A stretch of DNA of 64,000 nt from an uncultured bacterium (lineage in GTDB: Bacteria > Babelota > Babeliae > Babelales > Babelaceae): NCBI GenBank assembly GCA_963819815.1, contig CAWFXL010000001.1, positions 1,120,001 to 1,184,000 on the forward strand, given 5' to 3'. Of this stretch, positions 57,753 to 64,000 are shown piece after piece; positions within the stretch are counted from its first letter, which is position 1; each line of letters begins with the position of its first letter. A program made the position numbers and the translations under genes. The notes under the pieces were generated by a model, which saw nothing but the letters and a program-made list of their open reading frames with translations, was not told where the DNA came from and ran no database searches.

Positions 57753-60119
57753 TTATGCGCTTTGCGCAGCTGGTCTTTGCACGATCGGTTTTATTCCGAT
57801 CGGTGCTTGCTTAGAGACAAGAACTCGCTTCAGTTTATGGGGATCATAAAGAGGGATAGGAGGTTCTTTTTTCTGTCCTTGTAAGATTTTAAGGCCACAG
57901 AGGGAAGTGTCGGTATTCGTTCCTGCGGCAAGAAATCGATCAATTGTTTTTTGTTCGCTTTCATCTTTAAGAAAGAGTCGATAAATCGGATCGCGTGGTA
58001 CCAAGGGTGTTTGATCTCTCGTAACAAAGTTTTTATGGTCGCACAGGTATTCGTTCGTTTTATTCGTCCAACGAGATCTGGGCTCTAAGATGGTTGGCAT
58101 AACAAAAACGGTAAGATTTGTGGTGATCGTTTCTGCTTGGGTACCTCTAAAAAATGCACCAAAGATCGGTACATGTCCTAAGATGGGAGTGTAGCTACCA
58201 AAATCAAGATTATCGACACGAAGAAGGCCACCCATCACAAGAATCTCTCCCGAGTTGAGTGTGGCTGTGGTTGTTAGTTCCTGTGTACGCCGAGTTAAAT
58301 TAGTCGTGTTGGTGTACCTATCATCTTTAAATCCTACAACTATTCTAAGACGGGTATCTGAAATAACGTGAGGAACCACATTGACGGAAAACGTTGCTGG
58401 TAAGTCGACTATAGGAATCGTGGCAGTACCATTGGTGGTGATAACAAGATCACCTGTCGTACGAATCATAGTGCTTGAATCAAGCAATCCCTCCATGTGA
58501 TTCTTGACGGTCACATAGGGATACGAATTTATTCTTGCAGATACTACCGTATTAAGAATTTCAAGGAGTCCAAATATACCTGGGGTCTTAGGATCGTTAA
58601 GAGATATCAACATAGATCCTGAGGCAATTTGGCTTGGAACATTGCCAGGCCCAATAACCTGTAGAAGGTCGCTTGCAAGCTGGGTAGGTGGTATTCCCAG
58701 TACCGAGACTACGGGAGTAATATGGGATGCTAAGTATTGCACCCCATGAGGAAGTATTGAAGAATCTGTTTTACTTCTGATGGTGCCTGAAACATTGGTT
58801 GTTTGGTCATAGGCAAACTCGACGACAAGGACTTCTAAGAGGACCTGCGGTTGAGGAGTGTCGAGCTGCTCTATAAGCTTTTTAATGATGTGCCAATCTT
58901 TCTGGCGTGCTGCAATGAGGAGTCGGTTGCCTGCATTAGTGGCTATAAAGTCTAATTTTTGTACCTCCTCAAATCCTTTTTGCTCAATGGCAATATCTTC
59001 TGTTTGGAGGGCTGGTTTGACAAGAGTTGACTCGAGAGCAGCGATTGCCACACCCTGAAATAGGGGCGGTTTTTCACTTTCAGCAGTAGCTTGCTCTCCT
59101 GTAGGGAGTGCTGCGGCAACGATACGGTTAAGTATAGGAGCCGTTTTGACACTATCAAGATAGTTAAGGTCATAATAATGGAGAATAGATTCTCCAGCAT
59201 CTTCTTGGAGATCAAGGCTATCTTGTATAAAATCGATGATCCTATCTATATTTGCTTTACGGCCCATGAGTATGACGCCATTTCTTGCGGGATCTGCGAC
59301 CATTTTGGTATCTTCGGTGATAAAATTAAGGCCATCAGCTTTAGGACCTTTTCGAATAAAAGTTCGTATCGTATCAGTTCCTGCTGCCATCTTAAGAGAT
59401 TCAAAGACGTTCACGACCTCTTGTGCAGGAAGGTACTTGAGAGGCACATAGGCTACATGTTCTTTCATTCCTTGATTGTCGAACTCTTTGAGTAGCTGTC
59501 CGATAGATGCGGCATGCGAAGCTTTGTCGATGATAATGATGGCATTACTTCTTGGATCAAACATGAGTGAGGCATTGTAGGTGAGGAGCTGTTTCAACAT
59601 CATAGACAAAGGATGAGAATCTTTTTCTGCAACCTCGGGAACCTTTAAATTTTTAAGATAATGAATGTAGATGATGCGCCCATCATCATGCGGCAACTCC
59701 TCAGGAAGAACTCCTGCATAGACAGGTAAGGGTTCCCGGTTAATAGCTCCACCGTCGACACTTGCATTACGCACAATAGTAAAGTTTTGCTCTTGCTTAA
59801 ATAGGCTAAAGCCTGATAATTCTAAGAACGTCTTTAAAAGGTTCCATGCAGCATCTTGCGAACTCTCTTTTTCTTGTGGTAGATAGGTGATCTGTTGTTG
59901 TTTGAGCATCTCAAGATCAGCAGCTCTTTGCGGGAACAGAAGATTTGATCCTGACGGGGCCATTTTTTCAAGAAGGTCTATCAGCGATTTCTTTTTAAAA
60001 GAAAAGGGCACTTTCCTATCCGGCTCATGAGAATGCTCATTAGACGACTCTGCATGGAGCATCATGCCTACACTGAGCATGGTCCCCATGACCCAAACAT
60101 GATTCCATCGTACATTCAT
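57753..60119 (-). CDS. T2SS secretin GspD-like, second paralog
   Basis: Signal peptide, N-domains (DPRSNAIII), LDTPQPQVLLEV, GG.L, P.LGHVPIFGAFF. Confidence 0.88.
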   Translation of the reverse strand: MNVRWNHVWVMGTMLSVGMMLHAESSNEHSHEPDRKVPFSFKKKSLIDLLEKMAPSGSNLLFPQRAADLEMLKQQQITYLPQEKESSQDAAWNLLKTFLELSGFSLFKQEQNFTIVRNASVDGGAINREPLPVYAGVLPEELPHDDGRIIYIHYLKNLKVPEVAEKDSHPLSMMLKQLLTYNASLMFDPRSNAIIIIDKASHAASIGQLLKEFDNQGMKEHVAYVPLKYLPAQEVVNVFESLKMAAGTDTIRTFIRKGPKADGLNFITEDTKMVADPARNGVILMGRKANIDRIIDFIQDSLDLQEDAGESILHYYDLNYLDSVKTAPILNRIVAAALPTGEQATAESEKPPLFQGVAIAALESTLVKPALQTEDIAIEQKGFEEVQKLDFIATNAGNRLLIAARQKDWHIIKKLIEQLDTPQPQVLLEVLVVEFAYDQTTNVSGTIRSKTDSSILPHGVQYLASHITPVVSVLGIPPTQLASDLLQVIGPGNVPSQIASGSMLISLNDPKTPGIFGLLEILNTVVSARINSYPYVTVKNHMEGLLDSSTMIRTTGDLVITTNGTATIPIVDLPATFSVNVVPHVISDTRLRIVVGFKDDRYTNTTNLTRRTQELTTTATLNSGEILVMGGLLRVDNLDFGSYTPILGHVPIFGAFFRGTQAETITTNLTVFVMPTILEPRSRWTNKTNEYLCDHKNFVTRDQTPLVPRDPIYRLFLKDESEQKTIDRFLAAGTNTDTSLCGLKILQGQKKEPPIPLYDPHKLKRVLVSKQAPIGIKPIVQRPAAQSA

Positions 60120-60130
60120 GGCTATCGTCC

Positions 60131-62602
60131 TTAAGCAACTAACTCAGCAACTTCGCCGGGAGTAGCCTTTTTTGTTATAGGGGGCTCCGGACGTTTTGTT
60201 GGTCTACGTGCTTCCCTGCGACGCTGTCTTGAACCTTTTATATATTCTGCATCAGGTGGGTTGCTTACCTGGCTCAAGTATTTTGGTAGAACTTGTTCTG
60301 CTGGATTTGTACCTTTAAAGAAGAGCCGAGTAATCGGATCTTTTGATTCACCAAAAATTGCGAAGTCATCAATGTCACGCTGACCTTTGCGAATTTTATC
60401 TGCAGTATACACATCAAGGCCACCACGCAGTTTTGGATGAACGATCGTAGGGCAGATAAAAATGGCGATATTAGTCGTTGTTGGCATACGGCTTTTACTA
60501 CTAAAGAATGAACCTATTATAGGAATTCGCGACAAAATAGGGGTACCCGTAACGATGTCATTTTGTGTCGTGCTTGCAAGCCCTCCAATTACCAGGACCT
60601 GTCCACTTTCTAAATTGGTATTGGTATTTACCCGTCGTGTAAGACGCGTATTAGAGTTAGCATCAACAAAGGTATTGATATCTACAGCGACTTGGAGACT
60701 AAGCCGCTGTAGGGAGCTTAAACGTGGTATCATCTGCACCTGCAGTGTTGCCGGAAGATCGACAATTTCAACAGTAATTACCCCTGCAGCTCCTGGAATT
60801 GCGTTACCTACAACGCGGCGGAGCTCCTGGTTTGTGAGTGTTGCTTTCTGATTATTTGTCGTTATCAGGTACGGGTGTGAAAGAATTTTGCTATATAGTG
60901 CCGTATCTAAGATTTGTAAGAGACCAAATATACCTGGAGTTGAAGGATCATTAATTGAAACAATCGTTGACCCTGGAGCAAGCAATGAAGTGAGTGAAGG
61001 ATTGCTGGCATTGGCACCGGTAATTATTCCCAGTAAATCTACATCAAGCTGTGGCGGAGTTGCCCCAAGTACGTTATTGACGGCTGTTATGTTTGAGGAA
61101 AGAAGTTGAAATCCATTAGATGGAAGATTCGTTGCGGTCTTATTACGGGTGGTTCCTGCAATAAGTTTTTGTCGCGTGCCGGTGACATCTGCGATAACTA
61201 CCTCAAGAATAACATAGGGCTGTGGCTTATCAACTGCTTCTATGAGATCCTTAAGCCTCACCCAATCATCTTGTAATGCTGCAACAATTAGCCTGTTGCC
61301 TCCAGTAAAGATTTTTTGAGAGCCAAGGCCTGTAGGGAGGAAGCCTCCAGTTGCTTCAAGTGTAATTTCCTCTGTGGTCGTTTTTATATCAACCTCTTTT
61401 ACTTCTTCAGCTGCGATGACGACGCCTTGGAAATACCGTTCTGGGCCTGCCGGTTGTCCTGCTGTTGCTTGAGTTCCTGTAGGTGGGAGTGGAGAAACAA
61501 CTTGATTTAACACTGTTGCAAATTGAGTGGCATCGAGGTACTGAAGGTCATAGGAGTGGAGGACCGACTTACCACTATCAGGTGCTGTATCCATATAGGT
61601 TGATACAAAATCAGCAATTCGCTCCACCGATGATTGGCGGCCCATGAGGATAATATTGTTTTGTCGTGGATCTGCTACAAGAACGGTATGTTCTGCAAAG
61701 CTTGATAAGGATTCTGTACGGGAATCATGCCGTATAGAAGGTCCAGATCCGTCACCTCCAGCGGCTGCACGGAGAGACTCAAATATTTTTACGACATCTT
61801 GGGCCGGTGTGTTATTCAGATGAACGACCTGAATAGTTTCATGGAACCCGCTATGGTCAAGTTCATCGATGATACGCATAACTGAGGCTATCGTGTTTGC
61901 TTTATCCGTAATAATTATAGCATTTGTTTTTTGTTCAAACACAACGGGAGCACCGGGAGTAAGCATGTCTTTAAGGATGCGCGCAATGGCGTTGGTATCC
62001 TTGTCCTTTTCATCAGGTACGCGCAGATTTCTTAGATAATAGATGTACCGTATATATTCTTGGCTATCGGGAAGCTTATCCGGTTTCACATTTGCAAAGA
62101 TAGGTAAAACTGAACGGCTGATACCCGGCTCTAGAGGTTTGCCAACGCGCTCGATGGAATATAAGAAGGGCTTCTTTGGACTTATTGCAAAGCCAGAGAG
62201 CTCGAGAAAAGTACTGAGGAGCTGCCAGGCCTCTTCAATCGGGATTTCCATACGCCCTTGTGGTCGGTAGGTGATCGTTTGCGCCTTCAGTATTTCAAGG
62301 TCTGCTGCATTTTGGGGCAGAATAATATTGGCCTCCTTTTTAAGAGCCAATTCGCCGATAATATCGACTAAACTTTTCTTTTCAAATGAAAAATTGATGA
62401 ACCCTTTTTGGGGTTCTTTCTTTTGAACAAAATCGAAGGGTTCATCTTTTAGCGGTACATCTTGAAGTAGAGAATTTGGGGTGGGTGTATCATCTTTTGC
62501 ATAAGCGGCAAAAGATAAAGCAACCCCTACAAGGAGCATAGAAAGAACCCGACGAGAAAAGAATTGCAGGTCGATCATAATGATCCTAACATCGTTATTC
62601 AA
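60131..62602 (-). CDS. gspD: T2SS secretin GspD
   Basis: EQKTNAIII, DPRQNNII, DKPQPYVILEV, GQVLVIGGL, PILSRIPIIGSFF, IFICPTI. Confidence 0.9.
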   Translation of the reverse strand: MNNDVRIIMIDLQFFSRRVLSMLLVGVALSFAAYAKDDTPTPNSLLQDVPLKDEPFDFVQKKEPQKGFINFSFEKKSLVDIIGELALKKEANIILPQNAADLEILKAQTITYRPQGRMEIPIEEAWQLLSTFLELSGFAISPKKPFLYSIERVGKPLEPGISRSVLPIFANVKPDKLPDSQEYIRYIYYLRNLRVPDEKDKDTNAIARILKDMLTPGAPVVFEQKTNAIIITDKANTIASVMRIIDELDHSGFHETIQVVHLNNTPAQDVVKIFESLRAAAGGDGSGPSIRHDSRTESLSSFAEHTVLVADPRQNNIILMGRQSSVERIADFVSTYMDTAPDSGKSVLHSYDLQYLDATQFATVLNQVVSPLPPTGTQATAGQPAGPERYFQGVVIAAEEVKEVDIKTTTEEITLEATGGFLPTGLGSQKIFTGGNRLIVAALQDDWVRLKDLIEAVDKPQPYVILEVVIADVTGTRQKLIAGTTRNKTATNLPSNGFQLLSSNITAVNNVLGATPPQLDVDLLGIITGANASNPSLTSLLAPGSTIVSINDPSTPGIFGLLQILDTALYSKILSHPYLITTNNQKATLTNQELRRVVGNAIPGAAGVITVEIVDLPATLQVQMIPRLSSLQRLSLQVAVDINTFVDANSNTRLTRRVNTNTNLESGQVLVIGGLASTTQNDIVTGTPILSRIPIIGSFFSSKSRMPTTTNIAIFICPTIVHPKLRGGLDVYTADKIRKGQRDIDDFAIFGESKDPITRLFFKGTNPAEQVLPKYLSQVSNPPDAEYIKGSRQRRREARRPTKRPEPPITKKATPGEVAELVA

Positions 62603-63140
62603 GCTCCAATGTTGCCACGGTTATATCTATATCTACAGTCTGACGACCGGGTGTTCTTTTAATAGTAACCTCTTTTGTATAGAGCTGAGGAATCTCTGCT
62701 ATACCCACAAGAAAGTCGGTTACTTCCTTCATGGTAAGCCCCTTCAAATGTGAGGTTATCTGTACTTCTGTTTTCCCGCTAATTGATTCACCTGTTGTGG
62801 GAGATGAGGTATCAACGAGTTTTGGAGCCATTCCAACATTGCGCACAACAGATTGGTACGCTTCACCAATTCTGAAGTCCTTATCTTTTGAGAGAATTTC
62901 TTCAACTTGCTGTTGTTGTGCTTTTACCAGTTTCGCATCTCGAAGAATTTGAGAGGTCTGTTTGCGCATAGCATCAAGCTGTTTCAGTTGGCCCGTATAC
63001 CAATTTACTCGCCTATAATGCATGAAGATAAGAAGACCAAAGACCAGGCAAAATACTCCTGCAAAAATGCCAAGATATTTAGCAAGCTCTTTCGGTTCAG
63101 AATATTTAACGACATCCCGTAGCGAATCAAGCATGTTCAT
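62595..63140 (-). CDS. GspM/PilO-like inner-membrane platform protein
   Basis: Single N-terminal TM, coiled coil, ferredoxin-like C-terminal pattern; position upstream of secretins. Confidence 0.65.
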   Translation of the reverse strand: MNMLDSLRDVVKYSEPKELAKYLGIFAGVFCLVFGLLIFMHYRRVNWYTGQLKQLDAMRKQTSQILRDAKLVKAQQQQVEEILSKDKDFRIGEAYQSVVRNVGMAPKLVDTSSPTTGESISGKTEVQITSHLKGLTMKEVTDFLVGIAEIPQLYTKEVTIKRTPGRQTVDIDITVATLELE

Positions 63141-64000
63141 TGATAGCCTCCGGATTAATAACGAGTGTTATAGGCTCAGATTTAAAGTTGAAGGCCTGCA
63201 ATTTCTGGACCTTTTTAAAGATTGGGCATTCAAGCTGGTCCTGCAAGCGGGTGAGCTGTTGATACCCAGGAACACTTCCATATATCTTAATAGTGTCGTC
63301 TTTTATAATAAGTGTATCAAGTTGAAGTTGAGACTCTTTCATATTAATGCATTTGGTGAGTTCGGCCAGATAAGTTACGTATGCATATCTATTTTCTGCA
63401 GAGATACGTTTCCAAGCCGATTCTTGCTTGCGAAGTTCTGCTTGTGCCGCTTTGTTTGCAATATCGAGTCGCTGCGTTTGAGTTGCTCGCAATTTGAACT
63501 GTCTTTTAAGTTCATCGATAGCTTCCAATTCTGATGCTTTATAACTCTTCTTTAAGGCGCGAGTTCTTAAAAAGCTATAGCCCATAAAAGTTGCTAACAG
63601 GGTTATGGCAAGGGCTCCAATAGTGTATAGTTGATAGGTAACCTGCTTGTTCTCTTTCTCCAGCTCTTTTTCTTGAAGTAGGTTAAATGACTCAGTTTTT
63701 TCAGAAGCACAACCAGCAGCTATGCTTGGCATATAGACTCCTGATATAGTAGGAATTTTACTTGAGACTACCTGCTCCTGAATCAGCTTTTTGGGGTCAA
63801 GCAGCTCTGTGGGGCATGCCAAACTGCGGGTTGCATGCTCTTTAACTCCCTGATCTTGTATGTCGGTAACCGCTCCTGTAAGAACTATTTTTGAAAGTGA
63901 CGATCCTGGAGCAACTTTTTGAAGAGCGATATCAGTGGTAAGTTTTATCTCATCAAAAAGTGAGCTTACCTGTTCTTGCATCTGCTTATCAAAAACATTT
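63127..64000 (-). CDS. GspL/PilM-PilN-like protein, 5' end outside the window
   Basis: KIVLTG actin-like end, FNLL motif, TM, then PilN-like IKIYG domain; frame open to the window edge. Confidence 0.7.
   Translation of the reverse strand, partial: NVFDKQMQEQVSSLFDEIKLTTDIALQKVAPGSSLSKIVLTGAVTDIQDQGVKEHATRSLACPTELLDPKKLIQEQVVSSKIPTISGVYMPSIAAGCASEKTESFNLLQEKELEKENKQVTYQLYTIGALAITLLATFMGYSFLRTRALKKSYKASELEAIDELKRQFKLRATQTQRLDIANKAAQAELRKQESAWKRISAENRYAYVTYLAELTKCINMKESQLQLDTLIIKDDTIKIYGSVPGYQQLTRLQDQLECPIFKKVQKLQAFNFKSEPITLVINPEAINEHA

Overview
Bacterial chromosomal window, AT-rich. Its gene content (ankyrin and other secreted eukaryote-like proteins, a type II secretion locus, compact housekeeping genes) suggests an intracellular protist parasite such as Candidatus Dependentiae/Babelota (TM6); the taxonomy is inference. 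Housekeeping genes include priA, orn, ruvA, tRNA-Gly, mnmE, rng, gatB, aspS, nfo, infB, nusA, udg, comEC, mutY, eno and T2SS genes. The main unexplained structures are: (1) a tandem array of seven secreted cysteine-rich mini-proteins between gatB and aspS, with conserved signal peptides and cysteine frame but hypervariable loops, plus a separate knottin-like peptide; (2) three sibling structured non-coding elements between nfo and infB with CU-rich loops and shared upstream boxes; (3) a probable oriC between nusA and udg with two opposed 11-bp-phased arrays of variant DnaA boxes, DnaA-trios and an apparent GC-skew switch; (4) signal-peptide-bearing AAA ATPases resembling mitochondrial ATAD3; (5) a parA plus ribbon-helix-helix partner preceded by about 900 bp of degenerate 9-bp repeats; (6) frameshifted double-domain ddl and photolyase genes.
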